From the NCBI RefSeq assembly GCF_009834535.1, contig NC_045715.1, positions 22,010,001 to 22,074,000 of the forward strand: a stretch of 64,000 nucleotides of DNA, read 5' to 3'. This DNA is from Camelus ferus (Eukaryota). The position numbers were made by a program, and so were the translations under genes. The notes under the pieces were generated by a model. That model saw only the letters and a list, made by a program, of their open reading frames with translations, was not told where the DNA came from and made no database searches. Below are positions 39,301 through 53,600 of this stretch, piece after piece. Each line of letters starts with the position of its first letter. Positions within the stretch are counted from its first letter, which is position 1.

Positions 39301-42300
39301 AGTCAAGGAAAACAATAAGATTACAACCGTAATGGAAGATCAAAGACTCAGGACCTCCAGGGACCCCTGGCAGCCAAACACAGCCTAGGTGCCCCTCTTT
39401 CCCAGTACCAGGACCCCATTTTACCTACATCTGTAGAACCCTCTACACCCCCTGACATCACATGCAAACTGATGTGTCAAAATCATCTGTGCATTTTTCT
39501 GGAGAGGGTGGCCACAGCCTTTAATCATTCTCAGAGGTTTTGTTCTCACAGAAAAAGGTAAGCAGCAAAGCCTTGGAGGCTGGAGGCTGGAGCCAGGAGC
39601 CCCCTCACTCCCCAGGCCTGGCATGAGGGCTCCTCAGCTCCAGGATATCTTTCTTTGCTGTATCTTCCACGCCCATTAGATCATCCTTCTCAGCGACTTC
39701 CTCATACTAGTGAAAAGAGAACTGGTAACCATGGCTTCAAAAAGCTCGACAAAAAAAAATTTCTCTTTATATTGTCCCCCGTTGCCCAGTGGCTGCCCCT
39801 CTGCCCAGCCCAGGTGCCCCGGAATACTTCTCCCTCTGTGGCCTCACCTGCACCTTCATGAGCCGCCCCAGGTAAGAGCGGTAGTAAGACAGGTAGATCT
39901 TGCTCAGCGTCTCCACGTATTCGTCCCTGATCTCCTTCGCTGTTGCTCGTTCATTGCCCAGCAGGAACTGATAGAAGAACCTGCAGGGGTCGGGACCAGT
40001 CAGTCTCCCTGCCTGCCCAAGACACCAGACAGCACGCTGGGTTGCTCAAAAGCTCAGAGGCCATCCCAAGCCCTTCCTTCTGGTGGTGACCTGTACTTCA
40101 GCAGGGCCGTCTGGGGGATCTGATAGTTGGTCATGGGTTTTCTGAAGGAATAAATCTTCTGAAGGATGAACTCCCGGATCTTCGTCACTGCCTAGGCACG
40201 GGGGACCAAACACAGGGCATGAAGCTGCAAACTTCTCAGTCTGGGCAGCATTAGGGAAGTAACAAATCTTGAATATAGGGGGAAGAGTAGAGAATATCTC
40301 TTCAATATTTCTTAAGGTGGGGAGGGTATAGCTCGGTGGCAGAGCACATGCTTAGCATGCATGAGGTTCTAGGTTCAATCCCCAGTATCTCCATTAAAGA
40401 AAAACAATGACTTTCAGGGAAACCCAGAGATGTGAGAATGAGCTCTGCCAGGGAAATCCAAGGGTGTACATCTCAGGGAGGCTGGTTCTCGTGGTCTCAG
40501 GGGTATCCACCCCCACCCCCGACCTTGACCCGGAGCCGGTCAAGAACGCCTCTGACGTCTGCACAGGCCGCTGTCCCTCTAGCCTCCTGCTCTCGGACTG
40601 CAGCTGCCTTGGCATCCAGTTCCTGCAGCTGCTCCAGGAACCTGGGCTCTGTCACTGGAGCCTCCAGAATTGCCCTGGGTAGCAGGGAGGGATGGGATGG
40701 GTTAGGAGAGAGACCCAGATATCCCTAGACTCTAAAACATACCCCTTACATCCAGCCCATCTCTTCTCCATTCTTACACTGTATCATGTAGTTGGAACAT
40801 ACAGAAAAAGTTTTCTGTTCCTGGACAAATACACATCCCTACTGCCCACGTAAGCCTTGGACCCCCTCACTACATGCCTGACCCTGGATGATCCCTCATC
40901 TTTGATGCCTAAAGCACAGGTCAAGGTTATAAAGGTTGTCAATCCACTGATCAGTTTTTGGAAGTCACTTGATGACTGAGAGCCAGGAGGCCCCCGGGGT
41001 AAGCAGAGTAGGTCACTCCAGCCCATCTACTTACTATAGACATTATGACCCTTCAGATTGGTGACTCACGTGACAAGAGCAGAGGGCACCACTAGGCCAT
41101 CGACAAGCTCCCCCAGTTTCCCCCGGACAGCCTGGCGGTTTCGAAGCCGAATATTCATGGCGCCTGACTGTTCCTGCAGTGTCCGGATCTCAGAGCTGAT
41201 GGAGCTGAGGTCACTCTGAAAAGCTCCCAACATCTGCTCCATGCGCTGGGGGGAAGGCAGAAGTGTTGCTGAATTGCCATTGGGGTGGTAGGGGATGAGT
41301 GGGTCACACAAGTTTCTTGGTAGTCTCCAGTATCTATCAGTCCATGAGGGCAGCAGGTCATAAGGGAAGATGTACCCCAAAGGTCACTAGCAAATAACAT
41401 CAGTCATGACAGCAAGAACAAAAAAGCCGCTTAGGTCACCCTGAAAGTGGCTCTAACTGTCCCCACCTAAGGCTAATGACCTAAAGAATGGTACTAGCGA
41501 CCATGATCTGGTTCAGGGTTATTGGGGTCACATGTCATGGTTACTAACCTCAAGGACAGCATCGCAGGCTGTGATCTGGTTGTGCAGAGAAGCTATGTTC
41601 TCACTCTCTTGGATATCTGACCCACAAAAGTCAAGGAGTGTCATCATGAAAACAGAGATCCTCAGATTTGCAGGCCCTTTCCAATTTCTCCCCGAGCTGA
41701 CAGAAACCTCAGAAAGAAGATAGCAGCCCCAGCATGACGTCAGCACCACACCCCATAAAATCTCCATCTTAATAACACCACCCTTTTCCTCTGCTAGAGG
41801 ATACAATCCCGAATGGATTTCTGCTCAATCTGTTGTAGCTCCAGTTCAACCTGCTTTGAATAGTGCCGGAGATCCACGCCCTGGGAGAACATAAACATTA
41901 CAGGTCAGGAGAGAGTCAGCGAAGGAACACTAGGACAGAATCAACAAAGGACTAGAAAGTAAGACAGGGTGATATTTTAAGAGCAAGAGACTGTTTTCTT
42001 TTCTTTGAGGAGAGGGTAGGTGGAGGGGCAGATTAGTATAGTGGAAAGCCTCACCGTTTTAAGAGCTTCCTTTACTAACTCATCCTCCAGATTTGCCTGA
42101 ATGTGAACTGGAAACAGAAGTTTATCATAAGGGTTCAGCTAGCTCCACAGCTCCCTCTCCCAACATTAAACATCTGCACACCAACCCCTGCTTTATCACT
42201 TCTGGCCCCTATGCCTCTCAGATTATAAGTATTGCATCCACCCAGTGCCATCACTTACCATCCACTTCATCCAGGATGAATTCATCAGAGGTGATGTCCA

Positions 42301-43262
42301 ACTCCCCAAGTTGCAATGGCTCCTGAAGACCCGGACCACCCCCCTGGAGAGGGGCAGGTTACAGGAAAGAGAGGGGGAGAACAAAATATAATGGGATAAA
42401 CCCCAATGCTTTAAGTGGGGGAGAGGGACTTTTACTAGGGTCATAGGTAGGTACTGAGTCAAAAAAATCCCATAAGTCTCATAGGGTACCCAGTCTACTA
42501 GTTGGGGCTGATGTGTAGGGAATATGACAAGGAGACAAGCAACCCACCAAGGGGCGAAGTGACCAAATGAGGAAAATTAGGAGATGCAGAGAACAGAGCA
42601 GAAATTGCAGTTGAATTTAGGATCCCCAGACTCCTGCTACCTTAAGTGTTCTATCACAATTCCTCTGGGGAGCCCTAGCCTTTCCAGAAATGTCAGCTAA
42701 CAGTGTTTACCTGCATGTCAGGTGCCAACTTACATATACTAAGTCATTTACTCCTAACCGACACCCTATATAGTAGGTCTCATTTTCTTCACTTCATAGG
42801 TGTGGAAAGTATTGGCACAAAAAAGCTAGTTAATGTGCCCAAAGACACACAAAGTTTAAGTGGCAGAGCTGGAATTAGAACCCCGGTAGTTTGACTCCAG
42901 AAGCCATGTTCTTAACCTTTACACTACATTGCTTCTCTTCTGCCCAAACATCCGGAGGTTAACTGAAATTGTGTCCCCAGAACCTGAGTCTCGGCCATTC
43001 TGGTCCCCGCTCGGGCTCCAGTCCGATCCCAGGGAGGGGTATGAAGAGCCAGACCAGGTAGCATCAACGGTAGAAGCCGAGCTCCTAACCTTGTGCCTAC
43101 ACCCAACCCAGGCCCTTCTGATGTGAGGAGGCCTGAAAAGCCTCTGGAGGAAAAATATCCCTGCGCTCTCACCAGCGGGCCCTCTTCCTCCTCCATATCT
43201 GAGGCCCCGGCCCGCAGCACCAGCTCCCGGGCGGCTGCGGCCATAGTCGCAGCAGCGGCCAT
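30361..43262 (-). CDS. VPS52: GARP/EARP complex subunit VPS52, 20 exons, 723 aa
   Basis: Exons (high to low): 43262-43173, 42343-42259, 42107-42055, 41880-41805, 41616-41549, 41245-41070, 40674-40524, 40191-40091, 39980-39848, 39706-39649, 39288-39155, 38741-38586, 38154-38036, 37778-37655, 37355-37260, 37159-37052, 36828-36763, 31159-31048, 30831-30713, 30507-30361. Total 2172 nt; MAAAATMAAAARELV... to ...LKKHKPNF*. Confidence 0.98.
34852..34918 (+). repeat. (AAAAT)n microsatellite
   Basis: Direct reading. Confidence 0.9.
34919..35052 (+). mobile_element. tRNA-Ala-derived SINE, long-tail form, nested in L1
   Basis: GGGGGAGGGTATATAGCTCAAGTGGTAGAGCACATGCTTAGC...GGTTCGATCCCCAGTATCTCC plus tail. 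Confidence 0.9.
36690..36729 (+). repeat. Imperfect (CA)n microsatellite
   Basis: Direct reading. Confidence 0.8.
39289..39648 (-). other. VPS52 intron 10: U12-type AT-AC intron
   Basis: Donor G|ATATCCTG, branch TTCCTTGAC (39310-39302), acceptor ...CCTTCAC|GA. These boundaries restore ...TAKK-G-FFSK... in frame. Confidence 0.92.
40319..40405 (+). mobile_element. tRNA-Ala-derived SINE, short-tail form
   Basis: GGGGAGGGTATAGCTCGGTGGCAGAGCACATGCTTAGCATGC...CAGTATCTCCA followed by an A-rich tail. Confidence 0.9.
41617..41804 (-). other. VPS52 intron 4: probable U12-type GT-AG intron
   Basis: Donor GTATCCTCT. Branch TCCTTGAC (41637-41630) ends 13 nt before the intron end, and there is no long polypyrimidine tract. 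Confidence 0.8.
42730..42917 (-). mobile_element. MIR in VPS52 intron 1
   Basis: GTGCCCAAAGACACACA...AGTGGCAGAGCTGGAATTAGAACCC...GACTCCAGAAGCCATGTTCTTAACC. Confidence 0.75.
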
Positions 43263-43640
43263 TCCGCGCAGCCTCACTTCCGGCAGCTGTCAGGCGACTC
43301 CGTTCCGCGGATTGGAACTCCAAGTCCTGGAATGTCTTGCAAAGCGCGAAATCGTTCCCAGATATTTGAGTTAAATTGTTTGACTTCAGCCTTCCCCTTT
43401 CAGGTGTAACCGCTTCACCCAAGTGTAAATGGGAATTGGAAGTCTTAAGCACGATCTCAACCCGGAACCTTCGTTGCTCTCACACCCAAGAACTTTATGA
43501 ACTTTAAAGGGAGACCGCACCGGAAGTTGTGGAGCCCAAAGCGGACTCAGAAGTCTCGTGCAGTTTCCGGAAGCTCCTCGCAGAGACCGCTCCGCCTCTT
43601 CCGCCTGGTAGCTATAAAAGGCTGTTACGTCACTTCTGTT
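43263..43640. promoter_or_regulatory. VPS52/RPS18 bidirectional promoter
   Basis: Divergent ATGs 424 nt apart. ETS motifs (CACTTCCGG ~43275, ACCGGAAGT ~43519, TTTCCGGAAG ~43564) and GTTACGTCAC (43624-43633). Confidence 0.8.
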
Positions 43641-43650
43641 CTCTTTTCCA
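43641..43650 (+). promoter_or_regulatory. RPS18 5' terminal oligopyrimidine (TOP) / TCT initiator
   Basis: CTCTTTTCC tract 45 nt upstream of the ATG, typical of ribosomal protein genes. Confidence 0.75.
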
Positions 43651-43685
43651 CTGGAGGCCTACGCGCTGTCGCTGGGGCCGCCGCC

Positions 43686-47767
<4,082 letters not shown>

Positions 47768-47787
47768 ATTTGTGGGCGTTGTCTGTT

Positions 47788-47793
47788 AATAAA
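47788..47793 (+). terminator. RPS18 polyadenylation signal AATAAA
   Basis: 21 nt after the stop codon. Confidence 0.8.
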
Positions 47794-48747
47794 TAGTTTA
47801 TACACTTATGGCTTCCTTCTTTGTGGTCCTTGCCATTTTTCTGGGACACTGATAGGGAACGTGCTGTAATGCTGGGCCCTGTTGGTCCTTTTTCCCTCTC
47901 TTAGCTGATTGCCCCCTCAGGTACCCAATGTCCTTGGTCTTGATTAAAGCTTACTATTGCTAGTCCCCACCCTACCGGAAGCAACCCTTTATCTAGTGTA
48001 TCGCTCAAAGGTGGGAGGGAGGAATAAGCAACTCTCAGCCTTGAGGGGGAGCCCTGACCAGTATGAAGACGAGGTTCCTTGGTTTTGGCGTGTGCAATGT
48101 TGTGCCTTGTGTAGTAGCTGAGCCAAGCCAATTGCTGCTTGGATGAGAATTTGCAGATATTTACCACCCCAGGTTTTACAAGGTAGGGGCCCGGAGTCGG
48201 AAAGTTGGGGGGTATGCTGATTTCGATGACCCAAAAGAACTGGGCCCCGGGACGTCAGGGAGGTGGGATGCGCGGTCGCGGGGGAGGCCGCTGCCGGTCC
48301 GGCTGCACAGCGTTTGCCGGCCAAGACACGGGTCCAATTTCATTCCTGCCTGGTCCGGGCAACGATCACGCTTCCACCCCACCCACTCCCGCCTGTAGTC
48401 CGTGCGTCGCGCGGTTGCGAAGCTTCCGGCGGGGTTGCGCAGCGCCAAGCCCTCCCGGCGAAAGGGGCGGGACTTGGGCGGGGGAGGCGGCTGGTGAAGC
48501 GGAGCGGCCAGCCATGGAGCCGGGCTCTGGAGCCGCGCCGACAAGGTAACCTCTCCAAAGCTGCCCCCAGGGTTCCCGCCGCGCCGCCTCCCGCGTCAGC
48601 ACCTTCCGGCGCTGATACTACCCTCTCGATTCGCCCGCCCCATCCCAGGCGTGGCCCGCTAAGGACCCAAGTTTCCGAGAGCTGGGCTCCCTGGCCATTA
48701 ACTGCCCTCCATCTCTCCCTCCAGATCCCTTCTGACCGTGCCACACC

Positions 48748-49899
48748 ATGCCCCTCAGTCTCTTCCGGCGCCTTCTCCTCGTCGCCCTGCTGTTGGTGAT
48801 TGTCTGGACCCTATTTGGGCCCTCAGGCATCGGGGAAGAGCTGCTGAGCCTCTCGCTAGCCTCCCTGGTCCCTGCCCCTGCCTCGCCTGGGCCGCCCCTG
48901 GCCCTGCCCCGCCTCTTGATCCCCAACGAGAAGCTGTGTAGTGGTCCCGTTGCCCCTCCCTTCCTGCTAATCCTAGTGTGCACGGCCCCAGAGAACCTGA
49001 ACCAGAGAAATGCCATTAGGGCCTCATGGGGCGGCCTACGCGAGGCCCAAGGGCTCAGGGTGCAGACTCTCTTTCTACTGGGGAAGCCAAGCTGGCGCCA
49101 TCCCACCGGGGACTCCCACGGGAACGACCTGGCACGCGAGTCAGCGGCCCAGGGGGACATCATGCAGGCGGCCTTCCAGGATTCCTACCGCAACCTCACC
49201 CTCAAGACCCTCAGTGGGCTCAACTGGGCGGACAAACACTGCCCCATGGCCTGCTACATCCTCAAAACTGACGATGACGTGTATGTCAACGTCCCGGAAC
49301 TGGTATCAGAGCTGGTCCGGCGAGGGGGCCATTGGGAGCAACAGAAGAGGGGCATGGAGCCCCAGAAAAAGGCTAAGGTTGGAGATGAAAAGTGGGAAGG
49401 AGGCCCCACCTTGGGGAGCCAGCCAGTGCCTCTTTTGTATTTGGGCCGTGTGCACTGGCGGGTGCACCCCTCTCGGACACCAGGGGGCAAGCACCAGATA
49501 TCAGAGGAGCAGTGGCCTCCCACCTGGGGCCCCTTTCCCCCCTATGCCTCAGGCACAGGTTATGTGCTGTCAGCTTCTGCCGTGCAGCTCATCCTGAAGG
49601 TGGCCAGCCGGGCACCCCCTCTGCCTCTGGAGGATGTCTTTGTGGGAGTAAGTGCCCGACGAGGAGGCCTCACCCCAACCCACTCTGTCAAGCTGGCTGG
49701 TGCGACCCACTACCCTCTGGACCGGTGCTGCTATGGGAAATTCCTGCTGACATCCCACGGGTTGGATCCCATGGAGATGCAGAAAGCCTGGAAGCTGGTG
49801 GATGGCTCTAAGGGTGAAAGAACTGAACCCCACTGCTCCTGGCTCCAGGGAGCACTAGGCATCCTGCGGTGTCGGGTAATAGCCTGGCTTTACAGCTGA
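48748..49899 (+). CDS. B3GALT4: Beta-1,3-galactosyltransferase 4 (GM1/GD1b synthase), single coding exon, 383 aa
   Basis: Uninterrupted ORF with a type II TM anchor and GT31 motifs FQDSYRNLTLKT, KTDDDVYVNV and EDVFVG. Confidence 0.97.
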   Translation: MPLSLFRRLLLVALLLVIVWTLFGPSGIGEELLSLSLASLVPAPASPGPPLALPRLLIPNEKLCSGPVAPPFLLILVCTAPENLNQRNAIRASWGGLREAQGLRVQTLFLLGKPSWRHPTGDSHGNDLARESAAQGDIMQAAFQDSYRNLTLKTLSGLNWADKHCPMACYILKTDDDVYVNVPELVSELVRRGGHWEQQKRGMEPQKKAKVGDEKWEGGPTLGSQPVPLLYLGRVHWRVHPSRTPGGKHQISEEQWPPTWGPFPPYASGTGYVLSASAVQLILKVASRAPPLPLEDVFVGVSARRGGLTPTHSVKLAGATHYPLDRCCYGKFLLTSHGLDPMEMQKAWKLVDGSKGERTEPHCSWLQGALGILRCRVIAWLYS

Positions 49900-50164
49900 G
49901 AGTGCTTGGGGGCTCACAAGAGGGACGAGGAGTGGAGGGTCCAGCTAGCACCCCCACGACCTCTCTCCCAGGCCCAAGGCAGGGGCCCTAGCTGGCTGCC
50001 CGTGATCAGCTTCCCCACACCAGACACTCAGTCTGTCACTGAAGACTGAGGGATACAGGAGAAACCTAGAAGCCTGACCTGCCAGCCCCAAAGATGGTCA
50101 TCAGGAAGAGCAGCACATGCTGGGTTGTTCTCTCCAGCCATGGCAGAAGGGGCATAAGCCCCTC

Positions 50165-50170
50165 AATAAA
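50165..50170 (+). terminator. B3GALT4 polyadenylation signal AATAAA
   Basis: First AATAAA after the stop codon. Confidence 0.7.
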
Positions 50171-50484
50171 CCTGTCTCTCTTCCTCTTCGAGTACAGTGT
50201 GGTCCTCACCAGAAGCCCCAGAACACAAACCTGGGCAGCCTGAAGGCTACCGGATCCTGCTGGATGGGAAGAACATATCCAGGGTTGTGGGAGAGGGAGG
50301 ACAGCCTTTCCAAGGAGGAAGGCCCTATAGGGCAAGGCTAAGGCCACAGCAACCCCAAGAGACAGGGAAGGGTAGGGACAAGACACCATGACCCCTGGTA
50401 TCCGAGAGCAGCCCTGTGCTAGACCTGGGAGAGGACAGGTCCACAGGATGATCCCAACACATTATCCAAACACTCACCTTCCTC

Positions 50485-50490
50485 TTTAAT
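50485..50490 (-). terminator. Probable WDR46 polyadenylation signal ATTAAA
   Basis: TTTAAT on the plus strand, ~140 nt after the stop codon. Confidence 0.55.
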
Positions 50491-50631
50491 ACCAACCCAC
50501 CCCAGAGCCAGCTGTCCACCCCTAGATCGGGAAGGGGCACACTACTCCCTCCTCATTCCAGGGAACAGGAGCATTCCCCACAGGGGGTCCTGGGGAGAGA
50601 ATGTTGTTCTCAGGTCACCCCGGAGCCTGGC

Positions 50632-53600
50632 TCAGCGCACAAATCTGTCCAGGGCAGATGGCCGGGCCCCCGTGGGCTTGGCTGCCTTCTCTTGCTTCTG
50701 CGGCTGCTCCTCAAGGCTCTGCCGGACTCTGTCCTGGGATGGGGAGAGAGGGATGCAGTGAGAAGTGGCGGGCTGGCTAAGCCAAAGGCACAAGCAAGAG
50801 GGCAGAGCCCGTGGGCACCTGGCCCACCCCCAAGTGCTCAGTTACCCTGTGTTCTTCATCCATGACCTTCCTCTTCCTCTTCACCAGACTTGCTGTCGAA
50901 CTGCGGCCCTTCCGCTTTGGCTTTGGCTGGAATGGAGCCTTGGCCTCGGGATCATAGCCCTATGGGAAGGGGTAAGAGGGAAACCTGGAACAGCCTCAGA
51001 GGCAGGGGTGGTGGCACCTGCCTGCAGTGCTGCACTTCTGGGGACACAGTGGGGATAGGAGGTGGGGGTCAGGCGCCTGCTCCATACCAGCCTCTCGATC
51101 CGTTCCTTCTTTTTCTGCTCCAAAGAGATGACATCAACTTCTGCCAGGGCTCGTGGATCCAGACAAATGAGCTCTGCAGGTACCTGGATGTGTCACAGAG
51201 GGACAGGAAAGGGTAAGGAGCCACAAGAGGGTGACACCAAAGGATAGAAACCAAGGAGGCTGCTGAATCCCACTCTTCCCAAGATCCCAGGCCCCAAACT
51301 ACACGCAGGCACCTCACCTTCTCCAGCAGCGCCTTCACCTCCCACTCCTGGCGCTGCTTCTGGCTCCTGTATGGGTTATTCTCCAGGCCATCAAAGTTGG
51401 GCTCAGCAGCCCCTGGAAGGAGGAAGGAGCATGGGGCCATAAACAGGGGCCCAGCCTGACCAATCCCCTTGATCCTGGCTGATCCAAGACCCATCCCAAC
51501 TTCCCTCCAGTTCATTCACTATGAGCCCCATCCCTGCCTACTCACCAGGAATCAGCATGCTGGTGATGCCCCCACTGTGCCCCACCCCTAGCACATCTTC
51601 AAAGGGGCAGAACTGAAGGCTGTGCACGTGGCCTGAGAGCCGGTGAGTGAGGTAGGGCTGCTCCAGGAGGGGGGGGCTGGCCTTGCACTGCCCTGCCCAC
51701 ACGTTGACCACGTCACCCATTCCTGCAGCCAGCAGTCCCCGCTGGGAGAAGGCCAGGTGCCCTGCTCCCTGGGGCAGAGTCCTAGCACTCAGAGGCTGGA
51801 ACGTCCCTCGCAAGTCAAAGATCTTTAGCTGGTGGTCCACACCAGAGGTGGCCATGTGCCTGGGGGGAAGAGGGGGTTAATCTGTAGTATGAGCTTAACG
51901 GGCAGGCCTGTGACCAAGTCCAGGCATGAAGTCCAGCTGGGGAGAAAAAGACCAATAATGATAGTAATCACTACCATCACACCACCCTCCACAGGCCTCC
52001 TCTCAGTTAAGCGTCACTTGACCGTATTGTTTATTTCCCTTTTACAGTGAGGAAACAAACTCAGAAAAGGGAAATCAGGGTGAGCAGTAGAGCTAGAATT
52101 CAAGTTAGACTGGGTTCTTCAGTGTCTGTGCTCTCACCTACTCAAGACGCGTGAATTGAAGGGAAAAGGCATACGACAATCTATCTAAGTGATGTTCCAC
52201 TGTGCAGACAGCCCAGTGGCTCAGCAGAGGGAAGGACGGATTGAGGAGGTCAGGGAGGGCTTTGTGGGAAAACTGGGATTTGAGCCTTTCTAGGCAATTC
52301 TCAAGAAAGCACAAGAGAGATATACAGCAGGTATTGGAAGCAGGGATTTGTTTTCAGGATGGTGGGAAATAGGGACAGGAGGACCAGGAGTGTACAAATT
52401 GTAAGGGCTCTTGAAAGTCAGAGAGGGACCCAGAGTCCCCGACATTGGTCTCCAGCAATGACAAGTCACAAGGTAAAGTCATGCAGACCGGAGAAAGCCT
52501 CCTTAGGAAGCAAGGCAGTAAGTAATGCACTAGAGGGCCCCACCCCGCCCCCTTTCCCTGGAAGGAGGAGGGGCAAGGTTGGTGACCAAACCCTCTCAAG
52601 GAATCGTGACCCACGTAAGTCGTTTACTTTCAGAGACTGGAGTTTCTGTCGATGTTCAAGTTGCTCCTCAGAGAGGGAGGCTGAAGGGGGACCAGCCAGG
52701 CCAGGGGCTGTGTGTTTGCCAGACGCCAAGGACTCTCTTTAGCTGTGGCTGTGAACCCAGGAGGAGGGAACTAAAGGGTTCCTCTGAGCAGAGAGTTGGC
52801 CTTTGATGGGGCTGAATAGAGGCCCAGTTGGGAGAAACAGTAGGCCCGATCCAAACACGCGTACAAGTCAGACAGAACAGCTGTGGAAATGCACATACTC
52901 GCCCAGGAAGAGTGGAAATTCAAAGCAGACCTCCCAGCCCTACCCTTCTCATCACCAGCCAGACCTCAAGAGAACGACCATCCGATCATCTTTAATGATG
53001 ATGGTCACAGAGCATGGCGCCACCCACTCACTAGGCACCACGGTAAGCTCTGGATGCCATGCCTGGCTTTAATGTTAACTACAGCTTGGTGCTAAGCCCA
53101 GGGCTTGGCGAACTATGGCCCATGAGTCAAATAAGTCCAGCCCACACCTGTTTCTGTACAGCCCATAAGCTGAGAATGGTTTTTACATTTTTAAGTGGTT
53201 GGGGAAAAAAAGCAAGAGAAAACATTTTTAAGGCACGTGAACATTATTTGAAGTTCAAATTTCAGTGTTCACAGATGAAGTTTTATTGGCACACAGCCAC
53301 TCTCATTTGGTTACTTATTCCGAGGCTGCTTTTGCGCTACAAGAGCACAGGAGAACGGTCAAGACGGTATCTCTTCACACTGCTGCCCAGGGCACTATCA
53401 TCTCAGTGACACGCCCACCACCTGTTAGCATTTTGAGCACCACCGAGCTCATTGTCTATCTATGTGGAAAAATGTTTACAAAGATGAAAAAAAAAAACAC
53501 CTCTCCACAGATCGGCATTGATAGATACACATCTGCAATCAAGTTTGATGATTCAGAACACTAATTCTGAACCTCAATTAAGCAAATGTTATTCTCCAAA

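Noticed and set aside
49010-49597. 195-aa alternative-frame ORF inside B3GALT4
   Set aside because: Shadow frame of a GC-rich CDS with no independent start context or recognisable domain.
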